Shown: positions 18,432-25,642 of the stretch, one piece after another
Layout: each line of letters begins with the position of its first letter
Numbering within the stretch: the stretch's first letter is position 1
NCBI GenBank assembly: GCA_964411615.1
Contig: CAYPLO010000023.1
Span: 1-25,642 of the forward strand
DNA: 25,642 bases
Direction: 5' to 3'
Origin: an uncultured Aquificales bacterium
GTDB taxonomy: Bacteria > Thermosulfidibacterota > Thermosulfidibacteria > Thermosulfidibacterales > Thermosulfidibacteraceae
The notes under the pieces: generated by a model
The model's input: the letters and a program-made list of their open reading frames with translations, nothing else
Databases searched by the model: none
Told to the model about the DNA's origin: nothing
Position numbers and translations under genes: made by a program

Positions 18432-19408
18432 TTGTGCTGGGCATAGAGACCTCCTGTGACGATACCGGGGTGGCCGTTCTTGAAAACGGGTGTATAAGGT
18501 CCAACCTCCTATCGTCTCAGGTGGAGCTGCACAGCGTGTTTGGTGGGGTGGTTCCTGAGCTTGCCGCCAGAAAACACCTGGATACACTGTTGCCCTTGGT
18601 TGATAGGGCCCTCTCTGAGGCGAGATGTTCTCTGGAGGATGTGGACTGCATAGGGGTGACCAATAGACCTGGTCTGGTCCCTTCACTGCTGGTTGGGGTC
18701 ACCTTCGCCAAAGGGCTTTCCTACGCCACCGGTAAGCCCTTGGTGGCCGTTGACCATCTGGAGGCCCACACCTTTGCTGTCTTTCTGGAGAGGGAGGTCC
18801 CTTTCCCCTTTGTCTCCCTTGTGGTTTCCGGTGGCCATACGAGCCTGTTTTACGTTAGGGACTATGGGGTTATGGAGAAGATGGGACAGACCCTTGACGA
18901 TGCCGCCGGTGAGGCCTTTGACAAGGTGGCCAAGCTCCTTGAACTTGGGTATCCAGGTGGACCTGTTATAGACAGGCTGGCTAAGGAGGGGGACAGGGAT
19001 GCCGTTAAGTTTCCAGTGGCCAAGGTCCCGGGTTATGACTTCAGCTTCTCGGGACTCAAGACGGCGGTCATGATGTTCTTGAGGAAAAACCCTGGCGTTA
19101 ACAAGGCGGATGTTGCAGCCTCCTTCCAGGAGGCTGTGGTGGAGGCCCTTCTCAGGAAGACCCATCTTGCCGTTGAAGACAGGGGGGTTAAGAGCGTTGT
19201 GGTTGCAGGGGGGGTGGCCTGTAATTCAAGGCTGAGGGAGAGGTTCCTTGAGCATTTCTCGCAGATGGGTGTGGAGGTTCTCTTTCCAAGTCCTAAGCTT
19301 TGCACCGATAACGGGGCCATGGTGGCCTTCGTTGCTCAATACAGGTTCACTAAGGGTGAAAAGGCTCCCTTGGAGCTGGATGTCTTCTCAAGGAGCCTCT
19401 ACCGATAG
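18428..19408 (+). CDS. tsaD: tRNA N6-threonylcarbamoyladenosine transferase TsaD
   Basis: LGIETSCDDT, GGVVPELAARKH, HLEAH, VSGGHT, DDAAGEAFDK, AGGVACN, CTDNGAM. Confidence 0.98.
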   Translation: MIVLGIETSCDDTGVAVLENGCIRSNLLSSQVELHSVFGGVVPELAARKHLDTLLPLVDRALSEARCSLEDVDCIGVTNRPGLVPSLLVGVTFAKGLSYATGKPLVAVDHLEAHTFAVFLEREVPFPFVSLVVSGGHTSLFYVRDYGVMEKMGQTLDDAAGEAFDKVAKLLELGYPGGPVIDRLAKEGDRDAVKFPVAKVPGYDFSFSGLKTAVMMFLRKNPGVNKADVAASFQEAVVEALLRKTHLAVEDRGVKSVVVAGGVACNSRLRERFLEHFSQMGVEVLFPSPKLCTDNGAMVAFVAQYRFTKGEKAPLELDVFSRSLYR

Positions 19409-20161
19409 CATCCCCTTGAGCAGGTTGTAGCTCGCCAGGGCCTCCGGTTCCGTGTGGGCCTCTATGGTGAAGGCGAGTATCGTTTTCCTGTGTCTGGCCC
19501 ACTCTATCAGTCTCCATAGAGGTGCGGAGCCTCTGGCTATCTCCCAGTGCCTGTCCTCAAGGCCGTCGTTGTTGTGTAGATGCAGCTCAACGATTCTGTC
19601 TCCCAGCCTTTCAAGCCACTCTTCCAGTGGGGATTTGGAAAAGAGGTGGAAGTGGCCTATGTCAAAGCACACCCCCACACCATCCATACCTTCCGTGAGC
19701 ATCCACAGCACATCTGGGGAGTCGTCAAACACGTTCTCAATAGCTATGGTGGTCTCCTCCGGAAAGATTTCTCTAAGGGTTTTAAGGACCTCTCTCGCCC
19801 TTTCAAGCCACCGCTTCAGCTCCCCGTTGTACCTCCACCTGTCGTAGCCCGTGTGCACAACCACACATACGGGCTTGAGCCTTTCAAGGACAGGTGTGAG
19901 GGTTCTGTACCTCTCCATAACCGCCTTCGCTACCAGTGTATCGGGAGAGCCCATGGGAAGGTCCAGAAAGGGAGAGTGGACGGTGCATCTGAGCTTAGTG
20001 GATTCAAGTGTTTCTTTCGTCTTCTCAAGCAGTCGCTCATCAAGGTTGTCCAGGGCATCTCCGGAGAAGTATATCTCCGGCTGCATAAGGTTTTCCTCTA
20101 TTATGTGGAGTCTCTCTTCAAGCATGGTGAAGGGGACATGAACGAATATCCTGTCCGTCAT
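19388..20161 (-). CDS. Sugar-phosphate isomerase/epimerase (xylose isomerase-like / AP endonuclease 2 TIM barrel)
   Basis: TVHSPF, VVHTG, IAIENV, CFDIGH and LHLHNNDG..DRH metal-binding motifs; start ATG 20161 after AGGAGG. Confidence 0.85.
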   Translation of the reverse strand: MTDRIFVHVPFTMLEERLHIIEENLMQPEIYFSGDALDNLDERLLEKTKETLESTKLRCTVHSPFLDLPMGSPDTLVAKAVMERYRTLTPVLERLKPVCVVVHTGYDRWRYNGELKRWLERAREVLKTLREIFPEETTIAIENVFDDSPDVLWMLTEGMDGVGVCFDIGHFHLFSKSPLEEWLERLGDRIVELHLHNNDGLEDRHWEIARGSAPLWRLIEWARHRKTILAFTIEAHTEPEALASYNLLKGMLSVEAP

Positions 20162-20271
20162 GGATGCCTCCTGCTTCCGGAGTGCCTCAGGATTTAACAG
20201 CACTTCGCAGTCTTTACAAGCCTTGAAAAGGGCAGTGGGCTGGTGTATCTCAGCCTGGGATGGGTGGGAGG

Positions 20272-20300
20272 TTGACAAGGAGCCTGTTGGAGCCTATAAG
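20272..20300 (+). promoter_or_regulatory. Strong sigma70 promoter for tRNA-Arg/leuS
   Basis: TTGACA (20272-20277), 17 nt, TATAAG (20295-20300), about 10 nt before the tRNA. Confidence 0.8.
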
Positions 20301-20310
20301 AGATACCGGT

Positions 20311-20387
20311 GCCCCCGTAGCTCAGCAGGATAGAGCGCGAGATTCCTAATCTCGAGGTCGGACGTTCGAGTCGTCCCGGGGGCGCCA
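20311..20387 (+). tRNA. tRNA-Arg (anticodon CCT)
   Basis: GCCCCCG/CGGGGGC acceptor stem, D arm TAGCTCAGCAGGATAGAGC, anticodon arm CGAGA-TTCCTAA-TCTCG, T loop GTTCGAG, encoded CCA. Confidence 0.97.
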
Positions 20388-20419
20388 TTTTTTTATATAC
20401 ACTTCCCGGGAGGCGTTCC

Positions 20420-22903
20420 ATGCGGCGTTACAACCCCAAGGAGATAGAACCCAAGTGGCAGAAGAGGTGGGAGGAGTCTGGACTTTTTAGGGTTAAGGAG
20501 GACCCTGAAAGGCCCAAGTACTACTGCCTTGAGATGTTTCCCTATCCCTCGGGGCGCATCCATATGGGCCATGTGAGGAACTACTCCATAGGGGATGTTG
20601 TGGCCCGTTTCATGAGGATGAGGGGCTACAACGTGCTGCATCCCATGGGGTGGGATGCCTTTGGGCTTCCGGCGGAGAACGCCGCCATAAAGCACGGTGT
20701 GCACCCTGCCAAGTGGACCTACGAGAACATAGACTACATGCGCAGTCAGCTTAAAAAACTGGGCTTTTCTTATGACTGGGAGAGGGAGATAGCCACATGC
20801 GATGAGGAGTACTACAGGTGGGAGCAGAAGATATTCCTTGAGATGTTTGAGAGGGGGTTGGCCTACAAGGCCAAGGCTCCCGTAAACTGGTGTGAGAGTT
20901 GCCATACGGTTCTTGCCAATGAGCAGGTGGTTGGGGGTAAGTGCTGGAGGTGTGGTTCTGAGGTGGTGACCAAAGAGCTTGAGCAGTGGTTCTTCAGGAT
21001 AACCGCCTACGCTGATGAGCTGCTGGAGGACCTGAAGCAGCTTGAGGGCAAGTGGCCCGAGCGTGTTCTGGTCATGCAGAGGAACTGGATAGGCAAGTCC
21101 AGGGGAGCCGAGATAGAGTTTGAGGTGGTGGGACTGGACAGGAAGATAAAGGTCTTCACCACGAGGCCCGACACCGTCTATGGCATAACCTTCATGAGCG
21201 TTGCCCCTGAGCATCCCATAGTGGAGGAGCTCATCAGGTTCAGCGAGGATTACGACAGGGTCAAGGAGGAGGTGGAGAGGCTGAGGAAGCAGCCCAAGTC
21301 TGCCAGACTCCTTGAGGAGTTCGAGAAGGAGGGTGTCTTCACCGGTGCCTACTGCATAAATCCCTTTACCGGGGATAAGGTGCCCATCTATGTGGCCAAC
21401 TTCGTCCTTTACGAGTACGGGACCGGTGCCGTTATGGCGGTTCCTGCCCATGACCAGAGGGACTTTGAGTTCGCCAGAAAGTATGGGCTGCCCATAAAGG
21501 TGGTTATACAGCCTGAGGGGGAGGAGCTTGACCCTGAGACCATGACAGAGGCCTACGAGGGGGAGGGGTATCTGGTCAACTCCGGCCCCTTCACCGGTAT
21601 GCACAATGAAGAAGCCAAAAAGGCCATAGTTGAGTATATGGAGAGGGAGGGCTTTGGCAGGGGAACGGTCTCCTATCGTCTGAGGGACTGGCTCATATCC
21701 AGACAGAGGTACTGGGGTGCCCCCATCCCGGTGGTCTACTGTGACAGGTGCGGTATAGTGCCCGTTCCCAAGGAGCAGCTTCCCGTGAGGCTTCCCAAGG
21801 ATGCCCCCTTCACAGGGGTGGGCAACCCCTTGGAGAAGGTTCAGGAGTTTGTGAACACCACCTGCCCCAGATGCGGTGGCCCTGCCCGCAGGGAGACCGA
21901 CACCATGGACACCTTCGTTGAGTCCTCCTGGTACTTCCTGAGGTTCTGCTCTCCCAAGTGCGATACGGGTCCCTTTGATAGGGATGCGGTCTCCTACTGG
22001 ATGCCTGTGGACCAGTACATAGGGGGTATAGAGCATGCGGTGCTCCATCTGCTCTACTCCAGGTTCTACACCAAGGTCCTGAGGGACCTGGGCTATCTGG
22101 ACATTGACGAGCCCTTCGCCGCCCTTCTCACCCAGGGGATGGTTCTGAAGGACGGCAGGAAGATGTCCAAGTCTGCGGGCAATGTGGTTGACCCTGACCA
22201 GATGATAGAGAAGTACGGAGCGGATACGGTGAGACTCTTTCTGCTCTTTGCAGCACCCCCTGAGAAGGACCTTGAGTGGAGTGACCAGGGGATAGATGGC
22301 TGCTACAGGTTCCTCAACAGGCTCTGGAGGCTCATGGTGGAGCATGCACAGGTCCTATCCGGGGCCTCTGGGGACTTCAGCTTTGACTCCCTCTCCAGTG
22401 CGGCCAAGGAGGCTGTGAGGGAGACCCACAGGCTGATTAAGAAGGTGACGGAGGACATATCCTCCTTCAAGTTCAACACGGCCATCGCTGCCCTTATGGA
22501 GTACGTGAACAGGATTCAGGAGCTTGAGGGTGATATAAGATGGGAGGATGCGAACGAGGCTTCCGCCATGAGGGACTGCTTCAGCCGTGTGGCGCTGGTG
22601 ATATCCCCCTTCGTTCCCCATTTTGCCGATGAAGTCTGGAGTGTTCTGGGCAATGACGGGTTCACCCTTGAGCAGAGCTGGCCCGATTACAATGAGGAGT
22701 GGGTGAAGAGGGATACCATCACCCTCATAATACAGGTTAACGGTAAGGTTAGGGGTAAGGAGGAGGTGCCCGCTGGCCTTTCCAGAGAGGAGCTTGAGAG
22801 GATAGCTGTCAATAGCCCGAGGGTGAAAAGGTGGATTGAGGGCAAAAATATAGTGAAGGTTATTGTGGTTCCCAACAAACTTGTTAACATAGTTGTAAAA
22901 TAG
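20420..22903 (+). CDS. leuS: Leucine--tRNA ligase (single chain)
   Basis: [13 protein letters not shown] (HIGH), FTTRPDT editing domain, [23 protein letters not shown]. Confidence 0.99.
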   Translation: MRRYNPKEIEPKWQKRWEESGLFRVKEDPERPKYYCLEMFPYPSGRIHMGHVRNYSIGDVVARFMRMRGYNVLHPMGWDAFGLPAENAAIKHGVHPAKWTYENIDYMRSQLKKLGFSYDWEREIATCDEEYYRWEQKIFLEMFERGLAYKAKAPVNWCESCHTVLANEQVVGGKCWRCGSEVVTKELEQWFFRITAYADELLEDLKQLEGKWPERVLVMQRNWIGKSRGAEIEFEVVGLDRKIKVFTTRPDTVYGITFMSVAPEHPIVEELIRFSEDYDRVKEEVERLRKQPKSARLLEEFEKEGVFTGAYCINPFTGDKVPIYVANFVLYEYGTGAVMAVPAHDQRDFEFARKYGLPIKVVIQPEGEELDPETMTEAYEGEGYLVNSGPFTGMHNEEAKKAIVEYMEREGFGRGTVSYRLRDWLISRQRYWGAPIPVVYCDRCGIVPVPKEQLPVRLPKDAPFTGVGNPLEKVQEFVNTTCPRCGGPARRETDTMDTFVESSWYFLRFCSPKCDTGPFDRDAVSYWMPVDQYIGGIEHAVLHLLYSRFYTKVLRDLGYLDIDEPFAALLTQGMVLKDGRKMSKSAGNVVDPDQMIEKYGADTVRLFLLFAAPPEKDLEWSDQGIDGCYRFLNRLWRLMVEHAQVLSGASGDFSFDSLSSAAKEAVRETHRLIKKVTEDISSFKFNTAIAALMEYVNRIQELEGDIRWEDANEASAMRDCFSRVALVISPFVPHFADEVWSVLGNDGFTLEQSWPDYNEEWVKRDTITLIIQVNGKVRGKEEVPAGLSREELERIAVNSPRVKRWIEGKNIVKVIVVPNKLVNIVVK

Positions 22904-22906
22904 AGT

Positions 22907-23881
22907 TTGGGGGTGGATAGGGTGCTTGGTATCGTCAAGGAGGTCTTAAGGGCCGTATCGGAAGATGCATATATGGAGGAGGTCTTCTCCTCTGTTGTCT
23001 GGTCCCTGAGGGACCACTATAAGCCCCAATCCTGCGGTATAATGCTGGACGAGAACGGGCTGAAGGTTAAGGTGTCGAGGGGACTCTCCTACACCTACAT
23101 AAAGGGCCTGCATTCCGAAGGGACCCATCCCCTCTTTGAGCTGGTCAGGAGGGAGGGAAGGCTTCTGGTCATAAACCAGGAGCATCCCCACTATCCCACG
23201 GGCTTTGAGCATCCCTACAGGTTGATGGTTCTCACCCCTGTGAGAAGATTCGGTCAGGTGGCGGGACTTCTCTTTATGGACTTTGCCCAGGAGGTGCAGT
23301 TCAGTCCCGAGGATATAGAGCTGTTCGAGCTTTTGGGATACATGCTGTCCGTGGTTTACGGGTACTACCTTCTTGAGGACAGGGTGGATGCTCTGGAAGA
23401 GAAGGATACCCTAACCGGCGTTTACAACTTCAAGAAGTTCCACGAGCTTCTCTTCACCGAGGTGAAGCGTGCCGATGAGACGGGACACGGCTTCACGCTG
23501 GGTCTTTTCGCCGTCACCGGTCTCAGGATGGTGAACGAAAGATACGGGCATGTGGCGGGTGATAACCTCCTGAAGGAGGTGGCCTCACTTCTTGAGGCGG
23601 AGAAGAGAAGGTTTGATGTGGTGGCAAGATACTCCCCTGCAAAGTTCGTGGTGATAATGCCGGAGAGCGATAAGGACTTCGCCAGAAGGTTTGCGGAAAG
23701 GGTTATAGGGGCCTTCCAGAGGACCCAGTGGGAGGGTAAGGGAGTGTCCTTGGATGTGGGGATTGTGGCCTATCCGGAGGATGCCGATAACGAGAAGCTA
23801 CTGCTCAACAGGCTTGAGGAGTGTGTGGTTGAGGCGAGGAGGGAGAAGGGCCACGGGATAGTGGTGTGGCCCTTCAGGTAA
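22907..23881 (+). CDS. GAF-like + degenerate GGDEF domain protein
   Basis: DTLTGVYN, NERYGHVAGDNLLK; RRFD-VVARY-SPAKF in place of RxxD-x5-GGDEF. Start is TTG 22907 or GTG 22913. Confidence 0.85.
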   Translation: MGVDRVLGIVKEVLRAVSEDAYMEEVFSSVVWSLRDHYKPQSCGIMLDENGLKVKVSRGLSYTYIKGLHSEGTHPLFELVRREGRLLVINQEHPHYPTGFEHPYRLMVLTPVRRFGQVAGLLFMDFAQEVQFSPEDIELFELLGYMLSVVYGYYLLEDRVDALEEKDTLTGVYNFKKFHELLFTEVKRADETGHGFTLGLFAVTGLRMVNERYGHVAGDNLLKEVASLLEAEKRRFDVVARYSPAKFVVIMPESDKDFARRFAERVIGAFQRTQWEGKGVSLDVGIVAYPEDADNEKLLLNRLEECVVEARREKGHGIVVWPFR

Positions 23882-23884
23882 GGT

Positions 23885-25084
23885 TCAGAATAGCGTTCCG
23901 TTCTTGATAGATATCACTATACCCAGCAGGGCTACCACTAAGAACCAGAGAACGGGTAGGCCTGCGGCTATCTTGCCGAGGGTGTTCAGCTCCTTGAGTT
24001 CAAGCTCCTGTTCCCTGCTTTTGCCCACCCTGTATGCAACTGCTATGGGGTAGCTTATGACCACAAGGCCCATTACGAAGGTGGCGAAGAACAGCACGGT
24101 GCTTCCGGGGCTCAGGCTGAGCTTGTAGCTGTAGAGGCTGTACCCGTGGCTGGTGAGGGTGAAGACCCTGAGGAACTCCCTTGCGGCGCTCATGAGTAGC
24201 ACCGCCACAAAGGCGAATATGGCTGTGGGTATGGCCTTCTCCCTCGCTTCTTCGGGTTTGAGCTTGAATAGGTATCCCACGAAGGCAGCCGCCGCCAGGA
24301 CACCCACTAAGGTTATGGGGTGGAACATGAACCCCTTAGGTGTGGTGAGCCACCAGATTATGCCCACGAGTCCCTGGGCGCATGAAGCGTAGAGGGCTAA
24401 CCTGGCCCCTGTTGCCGCTGCCCATGTGGTGTACTGGTCGCTGTATTTACCCCTGTAGTACCAGCCGTAGAGCATCATGTACACACCCGTTATGGCCAGG
24501 GATGGTATGAGGAAGTGGAGTAGCCTTGGCAGGTCTATGGCGTTGAGCTGCCAGCCCGATAGTCTCACATGACCGTCTTTCACCATCCACTGCTGCCACT
24601 TCTCAGGGTGGAGTATCTGCATGGACAGTGCGTGGATTATTACGGCTGCCACTATGAGGGATATGAGACTTGCTATGCTCCAGAACAGGCTTCCCCCCTC
24701 CCCTTTATTGCCTAAGTAGAAGAGGTAGGCGAAGGTGAAGGCGGCGGCTATGGCTACCAGAAACAGTATGGTCCACCAGGCCGACATCTGGGCGGAGGTG
24801 TACCAGAAGGGGTCGTATATGACCTGAACGAAGAGCAGTGGGGCCACTCCGAGGACTATCGCCAAAGAGGTCATCACTGTGCTGGTCCTGGCGAAGGCCT
24901 TGGAGAGCCTTATGGGGTAGTCTCCGCCCTTTATCCTTCCCCATATGGCCATAACCGTTCCGCCTATGACTATGTTCACGAAGACGATGTGTATGGCAAA
25001 GGTGAGGACCATCAGTATCTGAAAGACCACAGGGTAGAAGGGTATTCCCATCACGTCCCGCATCCTGTTGAGAAACTCCATCAT
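23885..25084 (-). CDS. Polytopic membrane protein, cytochrome bd subunit I (CydA)-like
   Basis: About 10 hydrophobic segments; FAIHIVFVN and RLLHF (candidate heme-ligand His), AREFLR; GGAGGTG SD. Confidence 0.65.
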   Translation of the reverse strand: MMEFLNRMRDVMGIPFYPVVFQILMVLTFAIHIVFVNIVIGGTVMAIWGRIKGGDYPIRLSKAFARTSTVMTSLAIVLGVAPLLFVQVIYDPFWYTSAQMSAWWTILFLVAIAAAFTFAYLFYLGNKGEGGSLFWSIASLISLIVAAVIIHALSMQILHPEKWQQWMVKDGHVRLSGWQLNAIDLPRLLHFLIPSLAITGVYMMLYGWYYRGKYSDQYTTWAAATGARLALYASCAQGLVGIIWWLTTPKGFMFHPITLVGVLAAAAFVGYLFKLKPEEAREKAIPTAIFAFVAVLLMSAAREFLRVFTLTSHGYSLYSYKLSLSPGSTVLFFATFVMGLVVISYPIAVAYRVGKSREQELELKELNTLGKIAAGLPVLWFLVVALLGIVISIKNGTLF

Positions 25085-25094
25085 GGCTCACCTC

Positions 25095-25642
25095 CTACTG
25101 GTTGGCTATCTTTGCAAGGTAGGCTGCGGCAGCCTCTTTCTCTTCATCCGTTCCCACAAAGGGTGGCATGTAGGGGTAATCGCCGAGGCTGTCCAGCAGG
25201 TCCTTTATCTCGTCTTCGCCCATACCCTCGAGCAACTTGGGAAGGGGCCTTATGAGACCGTTTTTTGCCACAGAGTGGCATCCGGCGCACTGGTGGGCCA
25301 CAAGGACCCTTCCTATCTCAAGCCTGTTCTTGTCCGTTATCCTCCTCATCTCAGGGGGCAGGTAGTAGAGTCTGCTCAGGAAGCCCTTTTCGTTCAGCTC
25401 ATCCACCTCTGCCTTCACCTTCTTGGCGGGTATGTCCCTGGCTATCACCTGATTGCTTCCGTACATGAAGCCCCCTATTATGTAGGGCCTTCTGACCCCC
25501 TCTCTGAAGGCCTCTCCTGCTCCTATGCCTAAGAAGAGCACAACAACCATTATGACGCCAATAATCGGGTTGTTGAGGGTGGGCTTGGCAAAACCGAAGA
25601 CTAAGAAGTAGACCCCTGTAAGGGCACAGATTGCCCCCGCCA
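25095..25642 (-). CDS. C-terminal part of a membrane-bound CydA-like protein with a fused cytochrome c domain (5' end outside the window)
   Basis: Frame stays open to the window edge ([16 protein letters not shown]...). [13 protein letters not shown] motif, CAGCH heme c motif (25275-25289), YMPPF distal Met. Confidence 0.75.
   Translation of the reverse strand, partial: AGAICALTGVYFLVFGFAKPTLNNPIIGVIMVVVLFLGIGAGEAFREGVRRPYIIGGFMYGSNQVIARDIPAKKVKAEVDELNEKGFLSRLYYLPPEMRRITDKNRLEIGRVLVAHQCAGCHSVAKNGLIRPLPKLLEGMGEDEIKDLLDSLGDYPYMPPFVGTDEEKEAAAAYLAKIANQ

Noticed and set aside
20162..20271. Possible riboswitch (GGCTGAGA, TPP-like) upstream of the TIM-barrel gene
   Set aside because: The rest of the TPP consensus (CCTGAT...GCGNAGGGA) is absent. 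Only a short hairpin and a plausible TTGTAA-17-TAAATC promoter are visible.
20311..20420. tRNA-Arg 3' end as an integration site
   Set aside because: I saw no duplicated tRNA 3' fragment or integrase in the window, and leuS follows after 32 nt.
20393..22345. 650-aa minus-strand ORF antisense to leuS (likewise 15266-16615, 10957-12339, 8179-9249, 6683-7555 and 4753-5628)
   Set aside because: Shadow ORFs lying opposite well-supported genes. They have no recognisable motifs and are explained by the codon bias of the sense genes.
1..25642. CRISPR array, IS elements, prophage or defence genes
   Set aside because: No regularly spaced repeats and no transposase, integrase or nuclease-like ORFs were recognised. 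Almost all sequence is accounted for by identified genes.

Overview
Chromosomal window from a bacterium that looks thermophilic and anaerobic (heavy AGG/ATA codon use; lineage not assignable from sequence alone). Left arm (minus strand): ffh-rpsP-khpA-rimM-trmD-SPOUT methyltransferase-rplS-membrane protein-guaA (guaA runs off the left edge). Centre (about 6160-13712): a self-contained catabolic module with a divergent MarR regulator, an AbfD/4-hydroxybutyryl-CoA dehydratase-like protein that keeps the [4Fe-4S] ligands but has lost the canonical acid/base residues, and four family III (CaiB/BaiF) CoA-transferases arranged A-B-A'-B'. Only A and A' keep the catalytic Asp. An intrinsic terminator closes the module. 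Right arm: yajC-secD-secF-rpoZ-orphan peptide-binding protein-tsaD, a convergent TIM-barrel gene, tRNA-Arg(CCT)-leuS, a catalytically degenerate GAF-GGDEF protein, and a CydA-like membrane protein pair with a fused cytochrome c (truncated at the right edge). Most notable unexplained structures: the CoA-transferase/AbfD-like module, and a perfect 14-bp inverted repeat that brackets only the khpA cistron and is followed by a terminator hairpin abutting the rimM start. No mobile element or CRISPR array was seen.
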